Assembly (NCBI GenBank): GCA_025059805.1
Contig: JANXDG010000050.1
Span: 18,157-82,156 of the forward strand
Length of the DNA stretch: 64,000 nt
Source of the DNA: Endomicrobiia bacterium
Lineage (GTDB): Bacteria > Elusimicrobiota > Endomicrobiia > DTEH01
Direction of reading: 5' to 3'
Positions 39,136-48,645 of this stretch are shown here, one piece after another. A program made the translations under genes and the position numbers. The notes beneath the pieces are model-generated. The model had not been told where the DNA came from. It was given only the letters and a program-made list of their open reading frames with translations, and made no database searches. How positions within the stretch are numbered: position 1 is the stretch's first letter; every line of letters starts with the position of its first letter.

Positions 39136-39857
39136 TTTTGTCTAAGCAAATTAAAGATGATTTTAAAAAGTTCAACAGTTATCTTATAACATTCTTTATA
39201 TGTAAGTATAATACTGCGAAGGAAAAAATCTTTTGTCAAATTTATATCGTTACGATTTAGAAACATCACATTAAATAACGCTATAAGGATTATACAGTTT
39301 AATATAAATATCAAAACAGTTGAAAACAGCCATCCTGAAATTTTCAAATCCTGCTGGCCTAAATATATAGCATGAATTGTCAAAATAATATGAAATGCTA
39401 TTGTGAACCCTAAAAAAAATGAAAGTAATCCAACTGAAAGTTCTAATTTGAATAAAAACCTCACTACGAACCATACTAATGTTCCTAAAATGGAATATAG
39501 TGGTACAAAATATGGGGATAGTGCGATAAACGTGTTAACTTTATCCACATTGACAGAACCTTGATTTGTACTTATCTTAACTTTCTTGATTTTACTACCA
39601 CAAAGATATGCACTTATCACATGCACCAACTCATGACTAAAAACATAAATACTTATAGGTTTATAAAAGAAGAAATGAATCAATACATATGTTATTATAC
39701 CAAAAAGAAAATATTGTACTAAATAATTACTCAACTCTATTTTGCTAAGTACAAAAATCAATGTTGATATAAGCACATAACACATTGGTAATAACAAAAC
39801 TCCATACAAAAATTTTACAACTTTATTATACAGAAGAAATTTTATCATAAACAACAA
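39132..39857 (-). CDS. Membrane protein with HExxH motif (putative zincin-like, DUF3267-like)
   Basis: FSHELVHVISAYLCG within a 241 aa polytopic protein. Confidence 0.45.
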   Translation of the reverse strand: MLFMIKFLLYNKVVKFLYGVLLLPMCYVLISTLIFVLSKIELSNYLVQYFLFGIITYVLIHFFFYKPISIYVFSHELVHVISAYLCGSKIKKVKISTNQGSVNVDKVNTFIALSPYFVPLYSILGTLVWFVVRFLFKLELSVGLLSFFLGFTIAFHIILTIHAIYLGQQDLKISGWLFSTVLIFILNCIILIALFNVMFLNRNDINLTKDFFLRSIILTYKECYKITVELFKIIFNLLRQK

Positions 39858-41619
39858 CTTTATTTCGTCCTGACGATTTCGCTACATAAAGTGCTTTATC
39901 TGCTTGTTCAATAATATCTCTGGATTTCATACCTCTAAAATAAGTTTTTACACCAATACTTATTGTGAGTTTAAGTTCTAAGGTATTTATTTTAAAAATT
40001 GTATTTTCAATCTTCTCCTTTATACGGTAAGCAATTTTTTCAGCCCAGTTTGAACCACATTCTATAAGCAATATTGCAAACTCTTCCCCACCATACCGAC
40101 ATACAATATCTGTTGTCCTTACAGATGATAGAAAAACTTGTGCTACTTGTTTTAACACAGCGTCTCCAACAAGGTGTCCATATGTATCATTTATTCGCTT
40201 GAAAAAATCTATATCTATCATAAGTAATGAAAATATGGTATTATATCGTTCACAACGCAAAATCTCATATTCTAATCGTGACATAAAATATCTTTGGATA
40301 AAAACTTTCGTAAGACTATCAGTTATAGCAAGCTCATATAATTGCGCATTATTCAATGCAACTGATATGTGCCTTACTAAGTTTTGTATTAGAGTGATAT
40401 CATAATTAGTAAATTTTGTATAATCTTCTTTGTCAGCAACAAGTATAAAACCTAAAACTTTATCACGAGATAGCATTGGTATAAACAATATTTCATCTCT
40501 AGTTATAATCTTAAAGTCTTCAATGTCACTACCTTGACAAACTAGTGTTTCCGTTAAATTTTCTAAAGTGGTATTAAACATTCTCAGAAGGTCAATAAAT
40601 GAAATGTTTTGTAAAAGATTGATATTTTCAACTGATTTTGACCAGCTTGCAAGATAAAAACTTTGTTTCTCTTCATCATAAATATAAACTACCACTTTTT
40701 TTACTTTTGCTAAACCTTTAATAAACTCAGGAGTTGAAGCTATAAGTTTTTCACTTTCAAGTATTTCAGAAATGTCTAAACTTATTCTATTCAACATATG
40801 TAAATCGTTTATACTACGTTCAAGATGTTTAGTTATTTCTCTAAAATCTTTTTCTAACTCTTTCTGTTTTACTACTTTGACTCCCATACCCACTTCAGGA
40901 CATATTGTAAGGAAATCACAATAAGGACAAAGATTATTTCTTACTGGTAAAAATTCTTTGTTTTCATATATTTCTCTCACTATATCTATAATTTTCTTTT
41001 TTGTTTCTTTTAAATTATCAGGAGTTTTACTCACAGAAATTTTTTGATTATATTGCAAGAAAATCTGTGATACAATCTTAGGAAAAAGTTTATATTTCTC
41101 CCAACAACATAATGCGTATATATCCATCTGCAAATCAGTGGCAAATTCATTCTCGGTTGGGATATACCCTCCAGTTTTATAATCAATTATTTCAACTCCG
41201 TCACCTACATCGTCAATACGGTCTATCTTACCTGTCAGGTAAAAATCTTCCAGGCCAACTCTAAAAAATTCTTCAACATATAATGGTGTAACCTTCATAT
41301 CATTATTTGCATAAAAATTTCTTAACCAAAAAGCAGCGTTGTGTTTAAACTCTGCTTCTTGTTCTTTGGATGTATAACCTTCGGAAATCCAAAAATAATC
41401 TAACATATACAACAGTTTGTCAACAGTACGTTCTTCTAAGTTCCTGATCTTAAAGAATTCTGCTAAAACTTTATGAATAGTATCTCCAACTGCTTGGTAT
41501 GGTTTTGTTTTTTTGTATAATGCGCCCACTCTGTCAATATACAAGAGTTTAAATTTGTACGGACATTGTAGGTATGACAATAACGCAGCTGCACTAAAAT
41601 ATTTAGGAAGGTTTTGCAT
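39826..41619 (-). CDS. Cas4/AddB-like Fe-S PD-(D/E)XK nuclease domain fused to GAF-GGDEF diguanylate cyclase
   Basis: N-terminal LQCPYKF, GKIDRIDD, EIIDYKTGG, then CPYCDFLTIC (C-x2-C-x5-C). Central GAF-like region. C-terminal RYGGEEF with DxLT/RxxD context. Confidence 0.65.
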   Translation of the reverse strand: MQNLPKYFSAAALLSYLQCPYKFKLLYIDRVGALYKKTKPYQAVGDTIHKVLAEFFKIRNLEERTVDKLLYMLDYFWISEGYTSKEQEAEFKHNAAFWLRNFYANNDMKVTPLYVEEFFRVGLEDFYLTGKIDRIDDVGDGVEIIDYKTGGYIPTENEFATDLQMDIYALCCWEKYKLFPKIVSQIFLQYNQKISVSKTPDNLKETKKKIIDIVREIYENKEFLPVRNNLCPYCDFLTICPEVGMGVKVVKQKELEKDFREITKHLERSINDLHMLNRISLDISEILESEKLIASTPEFIKGLAKVKKVVVYIYDEEKQSFYLASWSKSVENINLLQNISFIDLLRMFNTTLENLTETLVCQGSDIEDFKIITRDEILFIPMLSRDKVLGFILVADKEDYTKFTNYDITLIQNLVRHISVALNNAQLYELAITDSLTKVFIQRYFMSRLEYEILRCERYNTIFSLLMIDIDFFKRINDTYGHLVGDAVLKQVAQVFLSSVRTTDIVCRYGGEEFAILLIECGSNWAEKIAYRIKEKIENTIFKINTLELKLTISIGVKTYFRGMKSRDIIEQADKALYVAKSSGRNKVVVYDKISSV

Positions 41620-41628
41620 AATAATTAA

Positions 41629-42993
41629 TTATCTTGGGATATATGCACCTTGTGGTTGTGATATCAAAAGTTTACCGTTATCTACCACAAGATTACCTTT
41701 AAATATTACTTTTAGAATTTTACCGTAAACTTCGTAACCTTCGTAAACAGTATAATCAGCAACGGTATTTAATCTTTTAACATTCACACGCCATTTTTCT
41801 TTAGGATAGTAAATTATTATATCAGCGTCACTTTTAAGAGCTAAAAAATCTCCTTTCTTAGGATATAAAGAAAAGATTTTTGCAGGTGTAGATGTTACCA
41901 TTTTTATTATATTCCTTAAATTTAACCTACGTTTTATACTTTCGGTAATGACAAAGTGAAATAACATACTTGTTCCTGGCAGACCCATTGGAATTTTGGT
42001 AAAGTTATCTCTAAACCTGAACTTCATTTTTTTACTAAATACACAATTATCAGTCGCAATAACATCTACTATACTATTCCTTACACATTTCCATAGGAAT
42101 ATTTTATCACTTAGTGATTTCACAGGTGGGCAACAAGTATAGAGGTAATTTTTCTTTATCTTAAAAACATTTCTTGTTAGATATAAATACTGTGGACAGG
42201 TCTCCGCATATATATTAAAATTTTTATTTTTTTGTTTCTTCCAGTAAATTATTTCTTCTAATGCGTCTTTGGTAGAAAGGTGAACAAAGTATATGTTACA
42301 CCCTACTTTATTATTAATACTAATCACTCTACGAACAGCTTCATATTCTACCACATTAGGTCGTGATAAAGGAAAGTATTTTACACTCAGTTTATCTTCG
42401 TTTTTTAATTTTTCAGTTAAAACATTAATCATATCACTATTCTCAGCATGTATCTCCAAAACTACATTCTTGTATTTTTTAAGTTCGTTTAAGATTATAT
42501 ATAATTTCCCATCGTCAATATACCAATTTTCTGTCTTAGGTAGAAATATCTTAAAACTTTTTATCCCATAAGAAATTAATTTTCTTATCAGTGTACTAAA
42601 GTCTTCATTAACATCAACAATTTGGGCATGGAAAGTGTAATCTACAAAACTTCCAGTTGCCTCTTTGAGGCGCCTATGGTAAGCTGCTAACAATGTTTCA
42701 CTTTTTTGTGGTATTATGTAGTCAATAACTGTGGTAACACCGTTGAGTAGTGCTGTTCTGGTACCTTTAGGAAAGTCTTCTAAAGTTTTTGCTCCGTAAG
42801 CTTCAAGGTTGAAATGCGTATGTGCATCTATCAAACCAGGGAATACGTAGCAACCATCTGCATCAATAAGCTTATGATCGTTTATAGCTATATGCTTTGC
42901 AACTTTTGTAATTTTCTGATTATTAATCTCTATGTCATATTTACCATAGTAACTTTTCGATATCAAAAAACCATTTTTTATTAACAATTTCAT
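41629..42993 (-). CDS. Cyclic amidohydrolase (D-hydantoinase/dihydropyrimidinase family)
   Basis: FPGLIDAHTHF metal-binding start, SFKIFL (carbamylated-Lys region), later His/Asp ligands. 454 aa. Confidence 0.7.
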   Translation of the reverse strand: MKLLIKNGFLISKSYYGKYDIEINNQKITKVAKHIAINDHKLIDADGCYVFPGLIDAHTHFNLEAYGAKTLEDFPKGTRTALLNGVTTVIDYIIPQKSETLLAAYHRRLKEATGSFVDYTFHAQIVDVNEDFSTLIRKLISYGIKSFKIFLPKTENWYIDDGKLYIILNELKKYKNVVLEIHAENSDMINVLTEKLKNEDKLSVKYFPLSRPNVVEYEAVRRVISINNKVGCNIYFVHLSTKDALEEIIYWKKQKNKNFNIYAETCPQYLYLTRNVFKIKKNYLYTCCPPVKSLSDKIFLWKCVRNSIVDVIATDNCVFSKKMKFRFRDNFTKIPMGLPGTSMLFHFVITESIKRRLNLRNIIKMVTSTPAKIFSLYPKKGDFLALKSDADIIIYYPKEKWRVNVKRLNTVADYTVYEGYEVYGKILKVIFKGNLVVDNGKLLISQPQGAYIPR

Positions 42994-43367
42994 TCTATTA
43001 TTTTTTGAATCACATTATGCTCACCAAATAGTACTTTGACAGGTTTGACTTTTTCTTTAGTTTCATCAATATAACAAAAAGACATTATAATGAGTTTATC
43101 ACCAACTTCACCTAATCTTGCAGCCCCACCTTGTAGTGATACCATCTTTGAACCTTTTCTAGCAGGTATTACATATGTTTCAAACCTTTCGCCATTATTT
43201 AAGTTTATCACGAGAACAACTTCATAGGGTCTTATTTTTGCAGCTGACATAAAATTTATATCAATTTTTATACTCCCGGTATAGTACAAATTCTTATCAG
43301 TAACAGTAAGTCCTTGTAGTTTTGACTTAAGATATTTGAACATCATAACGGAAGTATTTCCTTCCAC
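42990..43367 (-). CDS. panD: Aspartate 1-decarboxylase (pyruvoyl-dependent)
   Basis: KLQGLTVTD...YTGSIKID (Gly-Ser self-cleavage site), 125 aa. Confidence 0.8.
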   Translation of the reverse strand: MEGNTSVMMFKYLKSKLQGLTVTDKNLYYTGSIKIDINFMSAAKIRPYEVVLVINLNNGERFETYVIPARKGSKMVSLQGGAARLGEVGDKLIIMSFCYIDETKEKVKPVKVLFGEHNVIQKIIE

Positions 43368-43837
43368 TATTCAAGCATATAATCTTCAATTTTAAAACCT
43401 TTTTTTATGAGTTCTTCCTTCCACATCTGTTTTACAACAGGAATCTTTTGACGGGCAAGTTTCACCCACTTTGATTCAGGTGGCGAAAATAAATCTACAA
43501 CGGTTTTATACCAAATATACGCGTATTTAAGAGAACTTTCTTCAAGTTTTCTTTGTTTATTAAACTCAATAAGTTCCAATTTTATCTTATATTCCTCTTC
43601 TGAAATTTTATTTTTTGCAAATAATTTATCTAACTTAGATTTTTCAATCTGTGCTTCTTTTTCTAACGAATTCAACTTTTTCTCTGGATTATAATACCAG
43701 TCCATATATTTTTCAGCTTCATAGTAAGCTGATCTGGCTCGCAATAGCACATCTAAATATACAAATAGATATATTAAAACTATCCACATCATAATAAATA
43801 AAACTGTTTTATAGTGTTTTTTTAACAAATTTTTCAT
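43367..43837 (-). CDS. Hypothetical membrane-anchored protein
   Basis: N-terminal TM helix then charged coiled-coil-like region. No recognised motif. Confidence 0.35.
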   Translation of the reverse strand: MKNLLKKHYKTVLFIMMWIVLIYLFVYLDVLLRARSAYYEAEKYMDWYYNPEKKLNSLEKEAQIEKSKLDKLFAKNKISEEEYKIKLELIEFNKQRKLEESSLKYAYIWYKTVVDLFSPPESKWVKLARQKIPVVKQMWKEELIKKGFKIEDYMLE

Positions 43838-44295
43838 TCTTCAAACTTTTTTTTATATTCCTCAAATCTTTGTTCTGCAATTTTTGCTTCTTTAGACTTT
43901 GTACCTAACAAACTATGAATTTTTGATAAAAGAAGGTCTGGCTGTACAGGTTTTGTCAAAAAGTCTTTTACATTGGGTTCCATCTTAAACATCATTTGCA
44001 TGCTTAAATCTTTAAGTTGGCCTGAAACTACGATAATAGGTATCTTCTTATGACTTTGTTGTAAAGTTTTCACTACTTCATACCCAGATTTTTTTGGTAA
44101 TAGTGCATCAAGTATTATTAAATCAGGAATACTTTGTGCTATCTTTTCTAAAGCTTGTTGTCCATCTTTTGCTGTAATAACATTAAATCCTTGTTTAGTG
44201 AGATAATATTCAAAAAATGTTAGAACCGTATCATCATCTTCAACTATCAAAATAGTTTTTTCCTGTGGTTCTGCTAAAGACTCTACTTTATTCAT
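43834..44295 (-). CDS. Stand-alone response-regulator receiver protein (CheY-like)
   Basis: ILIVEDDD...DLIILDALLP...KIPIIVVSG receiver motifs. No output domain. Confidence 0.75.
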   Translation of the reverse strand: MNKVESLAEPQEKTILIVEDDDTVLTFFEYYLTKQGFNVITAKDGQQALEKIAQSIPDLIILDALLPKKSGYEVVKTLQQSHKKIPIIVVSGQLKDLSMQMMFKMEPNVKDFLTKPVQPDLLLSKIHSLLGTKSKEAKIAEQRFEEYKKKFEE

Positions 44296-44360
44296 AATTT
44301 GAAATTACTACGAAAAAATAGTATAAATTTCAATAAATATATGTATCTTTCTTACAGTTT

Positions 44361-47300
44361 CTACTTCTGTTGCTCTTTTTCTTCCTCAGACCAACTTTTT
44401 AATCTGAACCTTGGTTCCAATTGAATTTTTATATCTCCACTGTATTTACCAACATTATAGTCTCTTATTGCATAGTCATAAATTCCTTTTATAAAAATAT
44501 TGTTCTTAAGACGATAACTTAATTCTATTTCGTGTTTAAGATTTAATCTATTTTGTATTTCAGCGAGTGTTACACTGTAACCAATAGCCATGTCAGGAGT
44601 TAAATATTTTTCTATTCCATATTTAGTATCTTTAACTATATCAACTGCAGAAAATGCCCTATCTGTTGTAGTATTGTTTTGATTTTCAATTCTCTTAGAT
44701 GTTGAATCTACCGACGCTTGTGAGATTACAAACTTGTCTGCGATACCCCATTTTTGTAAAATATTGCGTGAAATAGGTTCTGCTAAGGTTATATCAATTA
44801 GTTTGAGAAATTGAGTTCTTAGGATAGGTAAATAATCAATTCTTTCAGAAGCATAAACTTCAACCTTGTCTCCACGTTTTTGCAACTTACCAGCACCAAG
44901 CATCAACGCTGTAATCTCTTCTGTTGTCAGTTGTGAATACACAGGTGTATAAAGTTTAGGTTGTATATTTTCAATTTTAGCTCGTGATATAGTTAATCGC
45001 ACTGGTATTTTTTCGTATTCGGATGTAAGTATTTCAGTTTCAGCTTCAAGTGTAATATAAACATCTCTATTTATAATTTCAACTTCGCCACTGCGTAAGT
45101 CCAATTGAGTATTGAGGAAGTTAACTTTACCACGAGATGATTGTATCTCACCATTAACATCACTTTTTTTCATACCTTGTCCGTATTTGAAGTTGACCTG
45201 CCCTAATATACTTGCTGATAACGACTCATTTTCAAACCACACATTATTACCCGCTGTTAAGGTTATATCATAATAAAACTCATCAACATTACTAATTTTT
45301 TTCCCTTCAGTACCGGGATAAGTAAACCTAGTATTATTCATTATAACTTTACCGGTAACTGTTGGAATCTCATCTTTTTTATTTCTCTTTACAATAAGGT
45401 CAAAGTGCAAATCTCCACTTGACACAAAACTTTTTCTGCTAATAATCTTTAACATCTCACTTGGAGAATAACTTAGCTGTGGGATGCTTATAAAAATTCC
45501 GTTACCATCTGTGGTTTTTATCTTAAAAATATATCTTCCGTTGTTTATATTATATTCACCAGCAAGATCTAGTCTTGTTTGTTCGTAATCTCCAGTAAAT
45601 TTTTCAATTTTTATTTCATCTTCTAAAAAATTTATACGAACGGAAACATTATTTAAATATTTACCATATTTACCAAATATAACCTTACCCTTCGGTATGT
45701 GAATATAACCATACACCTTAGGTTCTCTGGTCTTACCTTTGAATTTTAAGTTGACAAGTAATGGCCCTTTTGCAGATTTTATAATATCCATAAATCCATC
45801 AAATATTGATAAATCACAGTTTTGTGTGTTCAACATAAAATTCATATCTTGATTTTTTATATTATAGTAGCCTTTTAACAACATACTGTTTTCTGGCTTG
45901 AACACAAATTTTAATTCCTCAATGTTCAAGTAATCTTTATAGCTTGATGTCTTGCCATATACTTGTTGGATTCTTAATGACGCAAAATCTAAATCGTTAA
46001 CATTGAATTGACCATTATAGTGATACTGACGTTTCTCAGGATCTACCGTTATAACAACATAATCTGCGCTTATATCGCCTGACATAACAGGTAATGTAAT
46101 TTTAAAAATAGCAGATAATACTTCCATAGGGAACTTATTTAACTTGATATGTAAAAGTTCACCTTTTTTACCAATTTCACCGTCACAGTAAAATTGTCTA
46201 TTTTCATACAAACGAACCTCAAAATCATTAAATTTTAAACCCTCACTTTCAATAACAATATCTCCAACTATTGAAGCTGTTCGATTGATACGATCCTTAT
46301 CCAAAGGTACAAAAGAAACTAAATTTCTGTCTAAATAAATAAGACATCTTGTTACCAATTCATCTATTGAGTAATTATTAATCCATAGGTTTTTAAAGAT
46401 CATTTTTATTTCTACAAGTCTATCTGTCTGAAAGTTAAATATACTTTCTAAATTTCCAATTATGTTACTTTTTCTAATTGCAAAATTTTTGATTTTCGCT
46501 GACAAGAATAACATCTTGTCACTTATAAGAAACGTGCCTGATGAAATTAAAATCTCACTTGCTTCGTCTTGTATTTTACCTTTTACAAAGATATTATTGT
46601 TGTCAGTAATATCTAACTCTAAACCAATGATAGGAGAAAATTGTATACTAGTTAAATACAAGTTATACAATTTCAAATATATTTTCTTCTCTTTTGGTAT
46701 AAAATCTAAATTGTAACTGCCTCTACTATCAGGACTGAGACTTATGTTGCCATTTAATGTTAATCTTTTGTTGTTCCAGTCATACGAAAATTTACCAGTT
46801 GTTTTAGTTAATATACTAGTTCTTTTATAAGCGATGTCATTTAGTGAATATTCACCATAAATATTTACAATCCTTTGTTTTTCTATAAAAATTTTTGCTA
46901 CAATATTTTTTGTGGTTAAATGATCCAGTTTCGCATCTTTTTTAGATACAACTGTTACAAATTTTGAAATGTTGGTTCTTATATTCCAGTAACCATTAAC
47001 AGAAATAACACCATCTACACTTTCACCAAATATTTTTAAAATATCGTTTTTAAAACTACCAGAAAATGTCATACTATCAACAATTTTATGCTTTCCAATA
47101 TTAAAGTTAGTTAGTCTGAGCGTACAAAGATATTGTCGTTCTGTATCTTTCTCTAACATCCCAGCTATACTAAAACTTAACCTACTGTTAAGATAATACA
47201 AATTCTCACAACTTATTTCAAAATTAGTTTTGTTATCTTCCTCATTTATGAGTTCTGAAATTACTCTAGTATCAGTACGACGATTTTCATAACTTAAAAA

Positions 47301-48590
47301 TATCGTAGTTGAACTAGCTGCAGACAAAAATTTTAATTTTATATCTTCAACATCAGCTTTCGTAAGAGAAATATTTACAAACCTACCATCTCTCTGCAAT
47401 TTAAAAGAAGACAATAGTGTATATCCAAAAAAAATCCCGTCAGAAATAATTTCTCTATTTTCAGAAAAAGCTAACTTCAAATTTATGATTTTACCACCAC
47501 GATTATCTTTCACCAGGAACAATTTTTGTCCAGGGTCATAAAAAAGATCACCTGATATTTTCTTCTTATTTATATTAAATCTGAAGTTGCCAGTATCGTT
47601 AACTATCGTAAACCCTCCAGTTAAATGCTGACCTTTTACATAAGCAACAGTTGAATAACCGCTTGTATCTTTTGTATAGGTTACTCTAATTTTCAAATCA
47701 CCAAGTTTTTTCACATCTAATTTCTCAACAATACTTTTCTTTATATTTAAAAACCCATCGTATGTAAAACTTAATTTACTTTCTTTACTTACAATATCAA
47801 ATGTAGATCGTACAATTTCGCTCTCTGTTACACCTTTAACTTCAAATGGTCTTATCCTGAACTTACCATAAGAAGTAACAACTTTGTCTCTCCCTTTTAC
47901 AAGAGAAACCTTATAATCTTTAAATTCTTGTAATAAACAGTTACCTAACACTTCAAAACTAACATAATAACTAGTTAACAATTTTAAAACAGATGGGAAT
48001 GTAACTTCACCCTTAGCTAAAAATTTTAGCGTGTTACAATCAACGGCGATATTGCTTATAAAGTTATATCCGCTCGTTTCTCCTTCAACAGTAGAATATA
48101 TCTTGTTTGGTAAGATTCTTTGTGCTGATAGTTTACTCAAATTAAAACTTGTATTGTTAAAAATTATTTTAATATTCTTAATTTTTATACTATTAGGGAA
48201 ATTATGTAATAACCTACGTAAAGTTTTTTCTATCATATCCTCATCTAGCTCAGTAGCTGCTGTATTAACAGCTTTTATTTTTACAAACCCATTTTTGATG
48301 TACAATTTATCAATTAAAAATTTTTTCTCTAATATCTTACTAATATTAAACTCAACAATAACCGTGCTAAGTTTTCCTTCTGCATTTTCTGAGATATAAT
48401 TTAACTTCACAAAAACTAACCTCTGTGGTGGCAGATATAAGGCAATACCAGATTTTACACCTGAAAGGAAAGATCTCAACAAATTTTTCTTAACAAAATA
48501 TATATAAGCATTTAATAATATCTGTATAGAAATCACAAACAATATTAACAACATAATGTATAATTTTATTTTTTTCATTATTTTAGACAT
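44361..48590 (-). CDS. Giant TamB/AsmA-family envelope protein (translocation and assembly module-like)
   Basis: 1409 aa, single N-terminal TM anchor, long beta-rich repetitive body, conserved-looking C-terminal ~100 aa. The size and layout match TamB. Confidence 0.55.
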   Translation of the reverse strand: MSKIMKKIKLYIMLLILFVISIQILLNAYIYFVKKNLLRSFLSGVKSGIALYLPPQRLVFVKLNYISENAEGKLSTVIVEFNISKILEKKFLIDKLYIKNGFVKIKAVNTAATELDEDMIEKTLRRLLHNFPNSIKIKNIKIIFNNTSFNLSKLSAQRILPNKIYSTVEGETSGYNFISNIAVDCNTLKFLAKGEVTFPSVLKLLTSYYVSFEVLGNCLLQEFKDYKVSLVKGRDKVVTSYGKFRIRPFEVKGVTESEIVRSTFDIVSKESKLSFTYDGFLNIKKSIVEKLDVKKLGDLKIRVTYTKDTSGYSTVAYVKGQHLTGGFTIVNDTGNFRFNINKKKISGDLFYDPGQKLFLVKDNRGGKIINLKLAFSENREIISDGIFFGYTLLSSFKLQRDGRFVNISLTKADVEDIKLKFLSAASSTTIFLSYENRRTDTRVISELINEEDNKTNFEISCENLYYLNSRLSFSIAGMLEKDTERQYLCTLRLTNFNIGKHKIVDSMTFSGSFKNDILKIFGESVDGVISVNGYWNIRTNISKFVTVVSKKDAKLDHLTTKNIVAKIFIEKQRIVNIYGEYSLNDIAYKRTSILTKTTGKFSYDWNNKRLTLNGNISLSPDSRGSYNLDFIPKEKKIYLKLYNLYLTSIQFSPIIGLELDITDNNNIFVKGKIQDEASEILISSGTFLISDKMLFLSAKIKNFAIRKSNIIGNLESIFNFQTDRLVEIKMIFKNLWINNYSIDELVTRCLIYLDRNLVSFVPLDKDRINRTASIVGDIVIESEGLKFNDFEVRLYENRQFYCDGEIGKKGELLHIKLNKFPMEVLSAIFKITLPVMSGDISADYVVITVDPEKRQYHYNGQFNVNDLDFASLRIQQVYGKTSSYKDYLNIEELKFVFKPENSMLLKGYYNIKNQDMNFMLNTQNCDLSIFDGFMDIIKSAKGPLLVNLKFKGKTREPKVYGYIHIPKGKVIFGKYGKYLNNVSVRINFLEDEIKIEKFTGDYEQTRLDLAGEYNINNGRYIFKIKTTDGNGIFISIPQLSYSPSEMLKIISRKSFVSSGDLHFDLIVKRNKKDEIPTVTGKVIMNNTRFTYPGTEGKKISNVDEFYYDITLTAGNNVWFENESLSASILGQVNFKYGQGMKKSDVNGEIQSSRGKVNFLNTQLDLRSGEVEIINRDVYITLEAETEILTSEYEKIPVRLTISRAKIENIQPKLYTPVYSQLTTEEITALMLGAGKLQKRGDKVEVYASERIDYLPILRTQFLKLIDITLAEPISRNILQKWGIADKFVISQASVDSTSKRIENQNNTTTDRAFSAVDIVKDTKYGIEKYLTPDMAIGYSVTLAEIQNRLNLKHEIELSYRLKNNIFIKGIYDYAIRDYNVGKYSGDIKIQLEPRFRLKSWSEEEKEQQK

Positions 48591-48645
48591 ACTGATGAGT
48601 TTTCAAAAAAGACATATAAACTTTCAATTTCTGGAAAGAATAATT

